From Octopus bimaculoides (lineage: Eukaryota), in contig NC_068981.1 of the NCBI RefSeq assembly GCF_001194135.2, forward strand, positions 22,264,811 to 22,328,810: 64,000 nucleotides of DNA. Reading direction: 5' to 3'. The translations under genes were made by a program, and so were the position numbers. A model generated the notes under the pieces. It did not search any database. It was given only the letters and a program-made list of their open reading frames with translations, and was not told the origin of the DNA. Numbering within the stretch: position 1 is the stretch's first letter; the number at the start of each line of letters is the position of its first letter. Positions 38,089 to 49,689 of this stretch are shown in pieces.

Positions 38089-39399
38089 AATAGGTTAAAA
38101 GTTCACTACTCTTAGAATGTAAATATTTAACTAGCTTTAACAATAGCTGGTATTATTCTTCACTCTAGACTCGTGTTTAAATAGGGTATTGATTCATAAT
38201 GAAAGAGAATAAGAATTTCTGATGTACAAGGTTTTCTCATAAGTATTAGTGGAGTACGTGAAGTGGATTAGCTTCCACCTAGAATCTTAACTAAGCTGCA
38301 AACTCGTCTCGCCAATTAAAAAAAATGTTGAGTTTATTTTTCAAATCAGCACAAATGTGGAGAGAGAGAGAAAGTACGAAGATGGGATGGTGTGACATTT
38401 ATGCCTTTTTTTCATTAGTATCATAAGTGTAAAGAGAAGTAAAATGGATTCGACCAAATAGAGATTCGCAACACGAACATTGTGGTTGTGAGTTCTGCTA
38501 GACATTTTCTGCGAATTGTGCTGATACTATTTTTAGTCTCTGATAATATTTTCTAGTCTCAGAAACAACAAACTCCGTTTACACCTTGTTGTTAGGATGA
38601 TTTAGGTAAAATTAGTTTCCAACAGAGGCACAAAGTCACAAATTTGAGAAAAAGTGCTTTGTCGATTAAATCGATCCAGTACTTGACTGGTGCTATTCTT
38701 TATTCACCCCAGAAGAATGTGTAACATGTTAGACGTGGGACAAGTTAATAATTTCTGGATGTACTGGAATGAATTAATGGAGGATAGACTAAACTTATTA
38801 CAGATTGTATCCAATTATTTATGTAGTTACACATCTGCGACAAGATGGAAGAAAACAAACGTTTGTAATTTGGATGATTCAGTTTATTGAAAATCTGTTT
38901 CTAGTCCTTATAATAGTCTGTCACTAAGTGCGTACAAGGAGGAAGGTAAAAGGCTCAAGGTTCGTGCGAAAAAATCTTTGTGTGTGTGAAATTGATTCTG
39001 GCAAAAAAAGGATAAAAAAGAACAAGAAATTTACCAACTTAAGCTAGACAAGCACAACAGGTTTAAAGGTATTTAAACCGTCTTTCTATCGGTTACTGGT
39101 TAACGGTGTTACCAATTAAACTACAGAACATCAGCTATTCTCACATTAGTAACACATTCTTGTGTTCGGTTCTTGCTGCAATCATCGAATCGAGGTGGGA
39201 CACTTAGCCTTGATAGATATATTCTTCGATATACAGATAACACTGGGTTCATAGTGAAGTAAAACAACCACGAAAGTATCAAGTATTGGTAGGATACTGG
39301 AGATATTTAACTATAAAATCCAATTTAAACCGTAGCTCCGACTTAAGGTTGGTTCTAGGTGTGGTGTAGGTATAAAATGAGCTCAAGTGGGGTTTGAAA

Positions 39400-39469
39400 T
39401 TTACAATAGCTGTTTCGAAAGAATTTTATTGATGTATTCATAATATATAATCCACCATCTTCAGGTAAA
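39400..39469 (-). ncRNA. Decayed hammerhead-like motif
   Basis: Minus strand: TTTAC-CTGAAGA-T-G...C-GAAA-CAGCTA-TT|GTAAA. Stem I is a perfect 5 bp, stem III is one change from palindromic ACAGCTGT, stem II is poor. Confidence 0.35.
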
Positions 39470-39864
39470 ATTTGAAACAGCTACAAACAGGTGAGATAAT
39501 ACCTTGATGATGACGAATTCATCTTTCTCACGTAAACTAATTTAGGTCCTTTCCTATTATCGATAGTTACTTTTTTTTAGTAGATAAACTATTACACTCA
39601 TGAGACAGAGATGATTGGCAAACTTTTGGAATAGCTATCATTACCTCACGGAGAAAAAGCACCAGTTGAAATTTATTCGAAAATAGCTCGGAATTGGAGT
39701 GTAGACAAAAACATTCTTTCATAGACAGAAACAACTTCCCAATTCGTTGCCCGTTTCTTTCTCTATGAGGTAGTAATAACTATTCCAGAACCCACCGATC
39801 AACTATTACACCTGTCCCACGAGTGTAATAGTTTACTTACTAATTCTTAAGTAAATAAAATATT

Positions 39865-40297
39865 TTTTTTCTACTCTAGGCACAAGGCCTGAAATTTTGG
39901 GGGAGGGGGGTCCAGTCGATTAGATCGACCCCAGTACGCAACTGGTACTTAATTTATCGACCTCGAAAGGATGAAAGGCAAAGTCGATCTCGGCAGAATT
40001 TGAACTCAGAACATAAAGACAGACGAAATACTACTGAGCATTTCACCCGGCGTGCTAACGTTTCTTATTTCTTTACTGCCCACAAGGGGCTACACACAGA
40101 GGGGACAAACAAGGACAGACAAACGGATTAAGTCGATTATATCGATTCCAGTGCGTAACTGCTTCTTATTTTATCGACCCCGAAAGGATGAAAGGCAAAG
40201 TTGACCTCCGCGGAATCTGAATTCAGAACGTGGCGGCAGACGAAATACAGCTAAGCACTTCGCCCGGCGTGCTAACGTTTCTTCCAGCTCGCCGCCT
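39865..40297 (-). mobile_element. Dimeric family A SINE with perfect 18-bp TSD
   Basis: Two tandem units with different tails; ttaagtaaataaaatatt at 39847-39864 and 40298-40315. Confidence 0.9.
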
Positions 40298-40819
40298 TTA
40301 AGTAAATAAAATATTGGCGGTCAATAATAGAAAAGTAGTCTAATTCATCCGAATGTTTAACTGCTCATTTCTTTCTCGCAGCTGTATAATGTCTGCATTC
40401 GTTATACACATTTCCGTGCTCTGCAACACCAAACATTTGCAACAGGTTATTTTACTTGTTAGATTATTTAAACTTCATGAGACAGTGCTATAAGCACCAA
40501 AAAAATCAGAAGAAAGAAAAAAGTTATTTCTTACAGATTTTATTTTCTTGTGAATGCAGCGTTAATGACAGCATTCAAAAGGTTGTAGTAGTAGGCTGTT
40601 TTACAATGGTAAAAGGAAAATAACAATGACAAAGCTCGTGCACCTTTGGTAATAACTGCGTTTGTTGTGGAAGAGGTTGTTAGGAAAAGGTTGTACGTTA
40701 GAAATAGAAAGATGTGCGACATCTGAAAGCGAAAACGACTGTCCCATAATATTCCGAGGGGTTCGTATTTATACATGCTGGAAAGCTGAGTGAAGGTCGG
40801 AGAACTATGGGGGGCAATT

Positions 40820-41056
40820 ATTTACATTATTTACATTCGACGGATATTTGTTCTCATCTTGTTTGTTGTTAATACAACGTTTCGGCTGATATACCTTCCA
40901 GCCTTCTTCAGGTGTCTTGGGGAAATTTCGAACCTGGGTTCTCATTCCAAAGGTATTTTTCGATGTTATTATTATTGTTCAGGTCACTGCTTGAAATCGA
41001 ACTCGGAATCTTGGGGTTAGTAGCCCGCGCTTTTAACCACTACGCCGTATGCCCGT
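40820..41056 (-). mobile_element. tRNA-headed SINE carrying a hammerhead motif
   Basis: Minus strand: ggcatacggcgtagtggttaaaagcgc-ggg(ctactaa)ccc-aagattccgagttcgattt (A and B boxes, cloverleaf remnants), then HHR, then an (aatgtaaat)x2 tail. Imperfect TSD agaacta(ta)tggggg(g/a)gcaa at 40801-40819 and 41057-41079. Confidence 0.8.
40871..40916 (-). ncRNA. Minimal type I hammerhead ribozyme motif
   Basis: Minus strand: GACAC-CTGAAGA-A-GGCTG(gaaggtatat)CAGCC-GAAA-CG-TT|GTATT. Intact core with an extra A after A9, 5-bp stem II, palindromic AACGTT stem III, stem I 4/5 paired. Predicted cut between 40876 and 40875. Confidence 0.7.
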
Positions 41057-42159
41057 AGAACTATATGGGGGAGCAAATTGGCTTATCTTTGATAATCTGC
41101 ATTTAACTCAAGAATGTTTACTTAAACAATAGAACTTATCTTAGTTTGACGGCTGATCCTTACAAATTCCTAAGTGCTTATGTCGAGAACAATGGAAAAG
41201 ATTTGACAGAAAAATCCAGGCTAGGGTTTCGATTTCTGACTAAGAACCCAGGAAACGATTAGATTCACATTGCATGCATACCAAATAGTCTGCTTGTCAA
41301 TTAGAGAAAGAAAAACAAAAAAGAGCTATTTTGTCATTGTTAACTGCTGGTCAGCTGTGATCGAGCAGATCTCTGATCAAAGACATTCTAGACGTGACCA
41401 TCTTGCCTTTTTAGCATATCTAGTACTTATATATTCCACTACTGAACTGTTTATACCAATTGCTTGCGCAAACCCCCTAAGAGTTCTTAGGAATCCTACT
41501 GTTTACTTGTAGATTTATAAATGGGTTTGAGATGTGATTTTTATGTATTTCTCGTGGGCATTAATGAACGTAATTGCAAAGAACCGGTTACATCACACGA
41601 ATGATGTCAGGTGACTTTGAAGTTAATGATGATACGCCCCAGTGACTGGTTGCTGGACGAGAAAATATCGATTTCTAACATTGGCACAAGATCACATATC
41701 TATATTTGGCGGATGTAAGAGGAAGAAACATCTTGCTAATTAACCTCATGATTAAAAATAATATGCTAATTTTTCATTTCTGTTCGTGTACGATTGCTGC
41801 GTACACGCACACACGCATACGAGAGAGAGAGAGAGAGAGAAAAGTCACTCGTCTAATTGGCATAAAGCCACTCTCAAACACACTCCAACCTCTTACCCAT
41901 ATACATCTCGTCTTCTGTCTCTGCTTTTTCTACAGTACTTACTACTAATGTCTCTGCTCTCCAGAGATGGATGATCTAGTACCATTTCCCCTCAGACTTG
42001 CTTCTCCGTCCCTCATCACCCACGTCCAACTTGTAAGTCTCTCACCCAACCTTGCTTCCGCAGAACGTTGACTGTCTGGAATTCCATCTCTGCTTATATC
42101 CTTTCTCCACTCATCCACTTGCCACAAAATGTTTTGTTCGTCGCCCATATAAGCGAGAA

Positions 42160-42350
42160 AATATTGGTTTCAAATTTTGGTACAAGACCAGAAATTTTGG
42201 GGGAAGGCTCCACTGGTACTTATTTTATCGACTTCGAAAAGATGGAAGGCAAAGTCAGCCTCAGAGAAATTTGAACCCAGGACGTAAAGGTAGATGAAAT
42301 GCTACCAATCATTTCGTGCGACGAGGTAACGACTGTGCCAGCTCGCCGCC
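42160..42350 (-). mobile_element. SINE family A, diverged
   Basis: Ends gccagctcgccgcc on +; imperfect TSD atat(a/g)ag(c/t)gagaaaatatt on both sides. Confidence 0.75.
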
Positions 42351-42619
42351 TTATATGAGTGAGAAAATATTACAACACTAGAATGGTTGTGTACACCTGA
42401 GATGTATAAACGAAATCGGATGCAAAATACAATTTTAAAGTAATAATTACTAACCAATGATTTATATCAATAATGTTTTGTGCTATCTCGCTACCATGGA
42501 GACGACTGGCAGGGATGAACTAAATCAATATTGATTTTAGTCGATCAACATTCTGAGTTCAAATCCCACAGGGGTCATCAATAACTTTTATCTATCAGAG
42601 ATCGATAAAATAGGTATTC

Positions 42620-42680
<61 letters not shown>

Positions 42681-42999
42681 CAATGACATATATATACTAC
42701 TTTCCAACAAAGGTGACCGATTGTCTACTCAAAAAGCCTTCAATACTTGATGCTGTTTAAATGAACCTTAGATTTTGAAATAATCTAATTTAGCACCACC
42801 CCTATACCTTCCCTCGTGTAACTTCTAGAACATCAATTATTTTAATTATACGGACTATTAATCTCGTCTTTAGAGTAATCGTTTTTTATATTTATATCTG
42901 TGTACGTGTTGGTTTGTATAATTGCCGATGGCTACCAGGTACCTTATTCTTAAAAATCCTTTTATCTTTTCTTTTCACTTTTTTTCTCTTTTCTCTTTT

Positions 43000-43372
43000 A
43001 CTTGTTTCAGTTATTGGGACTGCGGCCATGCTGGGGCACCGCCTTAAAAGGTTTAGTCGAACAAATTAACTCCATTACATTTATTTTAAGCCTTGTACTT
43101 ATCTTATCGATTCCTTTTGCTGAACTGCTACGTTACAGGAACGTAAAGAAACCTAGACCGGCTGTCGAGCGGCGTTAAGGACAAGTACAGCCTGAAACGC
43201 ACACACATAGGACAGGCTTCCACATAGTTTCCGTCTACCATATTCTCTAACAAGTCGTTAGTCAGCTCAAGGCTATAGCAGAAGACACTTGCCCAAGGTA
43301 CCTTGCAGTGGAACTGAACCTGAAACCACATGGTTGCAAAGCAAGCTTCTTAACTACAGAGTCATACCTGCG
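43000..43372 (-). mobile_element. SINE family B, diverged
   Basis: cttgtttcag..gcggccatgctggggcaccgcc..agaagacacttgcccaagg..accacatggttgc matches the family B reverse complement. Confidence 0.75.
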
Positions 43373-44153
43373 CCTATAAATAAAATCGACAGGGGTTCGA
43401 GCTAAGTCTATTGAGAAACGTGTTCTTGTATGTGTACATGAACGCAGATCTGGTATGGTTGAATGGTTAAGAACGTCGCTTTGCAACCGTGAGCTTTCGA
43501 GTTTGGTCCCACTGTGTGCTATCTTGGGCAAATATCATCGGGTCGACTCAAAGCTTGGGAGTGAAGTTGGATAGACGGAAACTGTATTGGATTGTACTTG
43601 TATTGTACCATGTCACATACCATGTGATGTTGATTCTGCTCGAGAATTACATTGCGGGTTAATTCACGAGTTGGTAATTTAGTTGATCGAACAATTGATT
43701 TCCCATCGTCGAACGACGATGATTCACCACCGCCGCCGCCACATATAGGAATAAGACACTTAATGATTGTCGGAGATCAAGCCGACCGAAAGCCCTGATA
43801 TAAATATTGTAAATAGACCCTTTAATAGTCAGGAAGATTGTGATTTAATTCAAGTTAAATTCATCTCCGACATGGAGACAGATAAGCAATAATTTTAGTT
43901 GAAGGAAAAGCAATTCTATTTTTTTTTCTCGCCATTAAAGAAACTGAAATTTTGTGTCGGATAAAGCAAGCAAATTACTTTTAAGGGCTCTGGATTTGAA
44001 GGAAACTCAAAACTTCAGAATTGTTACAATTTTGTTGTAATATGTTTTATTATTTCGCTTAGGCACAGCGAGACTAATAACGTGGTGTAGAACTCAATAT
44101 ACATATGCTTCCGAACGAATCGTTAGTCGGGTACAGAGCGGTAAAAGAAAAGA

Positions 44154-44353
44154 GATGACAAAGGAATAAACGATTATCTTATGAACTTCATTAGCTTACA
44201 ACTGTTTTCGCTATAAGATGCAGTGGTACATGAAGTACATGTTTGAGGCTCTGATGAAACTCAGGCACTCAACTATGAGTCCATCGCATCTTATTGTGGA
44301 AACAGCTGTGAGCTAATGAAGTTCTTAAGATAATCGTTTATTCCTTTGCCATC
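44154..44353. repeat. Foldback with 68-bp imperfect arms containing a hammerhead-like motif
   Basis: 44154-44221 versus reverse complement of 44286-44353, about 7 mismatches by eye. Confidence 0.85.
44247..44314 (+). ncRNA. Hammerhead-like motif with palindromic stem III and non-canonical stem II
   Basis: GGCT-CTGATGA-(41 nt)-GAAA-CAGCTG-TG|AGCT. Stem I GGCT/AGCT; G at position 17 in this copy, but the inverted arm reads GTA. Confidence 0.4.
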
Positions 44354-45149
44354 ACTTGTTATAATATATATTTAAGCAAGATGTTAATTTATTAAGTTAT
44401 TTATTAATCTATAAACAGTAAAAAAACGAGCTCTTCTTGTGGTTGCTCGACCTTATATAAAAAGCAACAAAATCTTCCTCAGAATAAGGCTTTATTGCCT
44501 TTGAATTATATCGTTCTAGATACTCGTGTCTGTAAAAATAAAAGACATGATGGTTGCAGTTATGGTTGGATCACTTTTAATCATAAGTCTCCCGGGTTGA
44601 ATCACAAACTCTATTAAATAAAAGAAACATAAGTGGCTGAGTAGATTTTGGAAGTTCTGTAGAGTTTTTCTTTTTTAAAGAATTACTCAAAAAGCCGTAA
44701 TTTGGTTTCAACCTACACTGTGAACAAATTCATCTTACATTGCTGAAACTGGTGTGTAAAAAAGTAGACACTATAATATCTAGTTTCGATTTGGGAATAG
44801 GATTAATACATATTTATAATAGTAAAATATCATTGTCCAACAAACATAAATATCACATATCACAACAATCCCATACTACTACATATAAAGTCGGCGCTTA
44901 CAATGCGGTCCTTGACAAGATGATGGCGTAACATATCAAGAGAGCAAAGAGACATTCGACGAGCTATCTACATACTATAGGTCGGCTCCAACAGAATTTT
45001 TTACATTGTTAGTCAAACGTGGAGAACCAGTGTCCATGTAATTCATGATCAGTTTGAATATCTGCAGTTCAGTATCAATCGCACACATACACACATACAA
45101 CCCCACTGGGTGGGGAATAGAATTTTCAGGCGTTTGCAGTTTTGAGGAT

Positions 45150-45960
45150 GGATAATTGTGTTAAGTACGGGATCTGAGAGGTAAGACACAATATCACAAG
45201 TAAAGGAGGAGGAGACAAATAGACTTTGATTGAAGGAGTATGCAGTTAGCAACTTCAGAAAAACAGAGTCTGTTGTAGTAGCACTAGATGTGCAGAGGAA
45301 ATCGTATTCTTGTGAGATAGTAGTCCATTGTTGATTAGTAAGTCTTCGTTATTTCACCGGATAGTCTTAGATTAAATCTTAGATTAAATTAAGTTATTTC
45401 TGTGTTTCGGCAGCACCATTTCAGACGTACTCCAGTAGGTCTTACTTCATTTTTGTAGAGTATTAGCAACTCAGCAGGGCTGAAGCATTTTCTGTCTCTG
45501 AGGAAGAACCTTTGTCTGTTTGAAGTTATTTTGATATTGTTGATATTGTAAATGATTATGTGATCACCACGAGAAATCAACAAGAATTACGCAACCTAGC
45601 ATTTAATGTAATTGTGAGGGTTTTAGATGTGTTGTTGTTCGTTTGTACAAAGGATATGTAACAATAATGTTTCTTTGAGATGTGTAGTGATTATATCGTA
45701 ATGTTATCAAAAGAACTAGGCTGTGAGATCTCCCTCTACATTAAAGACAATTCTTAAGGTTCATTATCTCCATTGTTCATGGAGATAAAGCAAGCCAAGC
45801 GTGAGATATTTAAATAGCACATGAATGACACCTCTGTGTAGAAAATTGAAGTGCAGGGAAATGTATCATCCACATAGGGACGTCAGTAGTTAGAAGTAAC
45901 ATTAAGTAGGTCGTTAATGTACGAAATTACGTAAAGGTCGGGTCTGGAGATTAGAAACAA
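45150..45960 (-). mobile_element. Decayed CR1/L2-group LINE, RT C-terminal half and 3' end
   Basis: Minus strand reads YINDLLNVTSN*RPYVDDT (about 45860-45925), FLR.RK.FSPAELLILYKNEVRP (ORF 45389-45583) and a DSVF..N..SF-like stretch. Clade assignment is by motif memory only. Confidence 0.7.
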
Positions 45961-46509
45961 ACCAAGAATAATTTGTGCCAGTGTTTCTGTCACAGATACA
46001 TGTAGAGGTTGATTTTAAATAGTGTGGAAGATTAGAGATGGCGAAAGATTCATCCACTGCTTCAGCTGTACTAGTGTAGGGGACATGCGAAAACCAGGAA
46101 GAACTGCAAACGTAATAACTACAGAGAGAGAGGGGTGTGTGTGTGTGTGCGTATGTGTGTGTGAGAATGAGCGAGAGAGAGGGTGAGAGAGAGAGAGAGG
46201 GGTGTGTGTGTGCGTATGTGTGTATGCGTGTGTGTGTGTGAGAATGAGCGAGAGTGAGAGGGAGAGAGAGAGAGAGAGAGAAAGGCGGGAAAGTGAAGTA
46301 AGGCAGTTGTTTATGAGGTATGGGTTTGGGAGGAGTTTTGTTTCTGTGTCAATTTGAAAAAACCCAGACAGCAACTTGCAGTAAGTTTATCAGTGCTACT
46401 GATTGTGATATCGTGATTTAGGTGTGTCAGGTAGGTGAGCTTAGCAAAACTGGGAAATAAAGCAAGTTAGCTGACTAGAATGCATACCTGGCACAAATAA
46501 TAAATAATC

Positions 46510-46935
46510 CTTTCAAATATAGGTGCAAGGCCTGAAGTTTGCAAGTAGGAGACTAGTCAATCACATCGACCACAATTTTTAACTGGTACCTTTTTCATCT
46601 ATCTCGTAAAAATGAAAGGAAAAGTCGACCTTGGCAGAATTTGAATTCAGAACATAAAGACGGAAGAAATGCCGCTAAGTATTTTGTCCTATGCACTAAC
46701 GATTCTGCTTGATCGTCGTCGTCTTAAAAATGAGAAATGATCCTTTCTACTATAGGCACAAGGCCTGAAATTTAGTGGAAGCGGGATTGTTGATTACATC
46801 GACTCCAGAGCTTAAACTAGTATTTATTTCATCGACCCCACCGGAAAGATGAAATACAAAATCAACCTTTGTGGAATTTGAACTCAGAACGTAAAGTCGG
46901 GCGAAATGCTGCTAAACGTTTGGCCCGGCGTACAA
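46510..46935 (-). mobile_element. Two adjacent diverged family A SINEs
   Basis: Two aggcacaaggcctgaa..gaatttgaa(t/c)tcagaac blocks (about 46510-46710 and 46742-46935). Confidence 0.7.
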
Positions 46936-47703
46936 ACGGCAAACAACAACAGCCTCAGAATGTTATCTTGGCCAACACAACATTTTTATCTTCATTTTGT
47001 GTTGTCATAGAATTTTACGATTTGCTTTCTTTGATATGGATTATTCAATTTACATTTCTGTTCCATTGTGAGAAAAGCGTTTCTATTATTTGCTCAAACC
47101 TTTGTGTAAAAAGCATATCTGATATTTTCTTGATCCTTTGTGGGTAAAGCTTTTTCGATAATATATTCTTGATCCGCTGAATGAAAACCATTTTTTAAAT
47201 ATTTACTCGGATCTCTGTGTAAACAACGTATTTGATATTTGCTTGTTTCATTGTATGAAAAGCATTTTTATATTTGCTTGATCCCCCGAGTGGAAAACTT
47301 TAATGAATATCAAACTTGACCATTCTCATGAATAAATCTTTGTCGTTATGCGTTTTTTAAGCAAAATCCTATAGAAATCTTTTTTTTATTTCTATAAACC
47401 ATGTAAAAAGGTTTGATAGTTGTAATAGAGACATTAATCTCTCTCTATCACCTTTCAACATAATTATATATTAAGAAACAGTAGAACAATTAACAACACA
47501 ATAAAAATAAGTTTTATATTTGGTGATGCTTGGTTTTACAAACCTGTGTTGTTCAGCTTAGCAGCCGCTGGTTAGCTTGTGTTCGGCATGGGAAGGTTAA
47601 GAGCTTCGTTGATGCATGCCAGAGGAGCAAATAGCTGTCACGTCGAAGGTATGATGCTGAAGAGGCTTAGAAAACGAAAGTAGCGCTTTAAGTACTGGTT
47701 TTA

Positions 47704-47759
47704 CTACGCATGCGCACTCGATGGGCTTCCAGGAAGGCAAGTCCCTTGCGCATGCGTAG
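47704..47759. promoter_or_regulatory. Inverted pair of NRF1/Ewg-type GCGCATGCG sites
   Basis: ctacgcatgcgca (47704-47716) and tgcgcatgcgtag (47747-47759): perfect 13-bp inverted repeat. Confidence 0.35.
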
Positions 47760-47870
47760 ATTGTACTTCCTTAATGGCAGCCATAATTTCGCGCTACTCC
47801 AACCTCATTTATGTTAATACAATTAACTATTTTTAGTAAAGATAAAATCGCACTGTCCCATTATATAAAG

Positions 47871-48213
47871 CAGTGGCTCTAAACCAATTTTTGCGTATGG
47901 AGCCCTTGGATTACTATTCTATTCTTGTGGACCCCCAAAGCCATTCGATGTGTAGAAACTAGTTTTATAGACGCTACTTTCAAAATTCCTGTTTTGTTTT
48001 TCACACATTAACTTGTGTAAAGTTGAACTATCTAAAACATTAGAGAAAGAAACCTAGCTGTTTCATGTAATAAATACATCTAAAGTCAAATTTTTTTTCA
48101 TGGACTGTTAGAATATTACTGTGGATCCCCAATTTACTATTTTACTTGTGTGGACTCCCAAAAGTCTTATATGGACCACCAGGGGTCATATAGGCCCCTG
48201 TTGAGAACCACTG
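47871..48213. mobile_element. Non-autonomous hAT-type DNA element
   Basis: TIRs cagtggctctaaac / gttgagaaccactg; 8-bp flanks atataaag / atagaaaa (6/8 match) fit a decayed hAT TSD. Confidence 0.75.
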
Positions 48214-48777
48214 ATAGAAAACGCTTTCAAATATTTTAACCCCATATTTATTGTACTAATATTTCGGCTCCATACTTATACTTACTGGTCGGAAATGCTT
48301 TGTAAATTTTCCCACACCTATTCGCTTATGAGATGGGTGTACTAATATTTATTGCTTTCAATGGTTGGGGGAATCTTTTAGAAATTATGAATTAATGTGA
48401 ATTGCTGAGTTATTAATAACACCCCTAGATTTAATTACACAGGTCAACAAAATGAAACATTTTGTTATTGCCAGAAATGTTAGTGCAGTTTTCTAAGAGA
48501 ACTTTTGGTGTTGACTCTGACTCGCGCTTTATTTTATTTTATTTTATTTTATCACATTTCTTTTTACATTTAGATACACATTTTTATTTCTAGCTCACAA
48601 CCAAAGGGTCATTTAAGAAACTATATATATATAACCCAAGAGAGTTAGGGGTTGTAAATCCAACCCACTAAGGGATAATATCTATCCAATATACTGCTGG
48701 GAGGGTACCCAATTATTATTACACTAGTGTTTTTACCAAGTGCAATAAGTAGGTGCGGGTAAAATTTATATAGCAAT

Positions 48778-49035
48778 AAGAAAATGGAGGGGAATATGTG
48801 GTACTCATCAACTTGCAGACACTGTACTATGTCAATTAACCTATTTATTTTTCAACCAAAAGGACAATAAAGACAATATACAAACACATATGACACACTA
48901 TGTCATATCAACAATTAAAAATCAAAAAGTCTTATAACTGTTTTGGCCTCCTTTTGGTTGAAAAATAAATAGGTTAATTAACATAGTACAGTCTCTGCAA
49001 GTTGATGAGTACCACATATTCCCCTCCATTTTCTT
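48778..49035. repeat. Foldback with 87-bp arms ending at an N-gap
   Basis: 48778-48864 versus reverse complement of 48949-49035, 2 mismatches by eye. Confidence 0.85.
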
Positions 49036-49071
49036 NNNNNNNNNNTATATATATATATATATATATATTAA

Positions 49072-49253
49072 TGGAGAAGGTCGGTTTATGGGATTACCCT
49101 GGATTTCCCGTCCATAAAAGGTTTAGCTTTATGGCGTACCGTCAGACCCCTAAAAACCTGTAGGCCTACAGGTTTTGGGGTCTACGCGATAAAGCTAAGC
49201 CAACCCTTTGTGGACGGGAAACCCAGGGTAATCCCATAAACCGGCCTTCTCCA
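49072..49253. mobile_element. Palindromic MITE (182 bp) flanked by TTAA
   Basis: tggagaaggtcggtttatgggattaccctgg...cctgtaggcctacagg...ccagggtaatcccataaaccggccttctcca; TTAA at 49068-49071 and 49254-49257. Confidence 0.75.
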
Positions 49254-49689
49254 TTAAAATATACACTGCTCTACATCTTAGAGTGTGCTTCTTCGGATTC
49301 TTTTTTTTCTTACCCATGGCTTTTACACATATATTCTTTAAACTAAGCTTAATGTGAAGAGGTCGTAAAAATATTTTCTTCGGATCGATTAAAGTAACTG
49401 ATTGAATGTTATTTTCTCAAGGAATGTATGAAAACAAAGTTAACCATTTTCTTGTTTATAATGTTCTGCGACAGCACTACTATCCCACAGATTTAGAAAA
49501 GCAATAGTATTGGGTGGGGGATCCTCTGCAATGACCATTAATCTAGCAATCACTTCAGTTCTCCACATAGAATGTATTGCTGATCGTTGTATTGAACGAC
49601 ATTAAAAAAGGTTTCCGTGTTAACATAATAGTCTTTATAATGCACTGAATGAGCGATCAAGCTAGATAGCTTTATTTTTCCACTGTTTA

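Noticed and set aside
45400-45430. CTGAAATGG..CCGAAAC hammerhead look-alike
   Set aside because: Core lacks G8-A9 and lies inside LINE coding sequence.
47650-47690. CTGAAGAGGC..CGAAAGTA
   Set aside because: Stems I and II do not pair.
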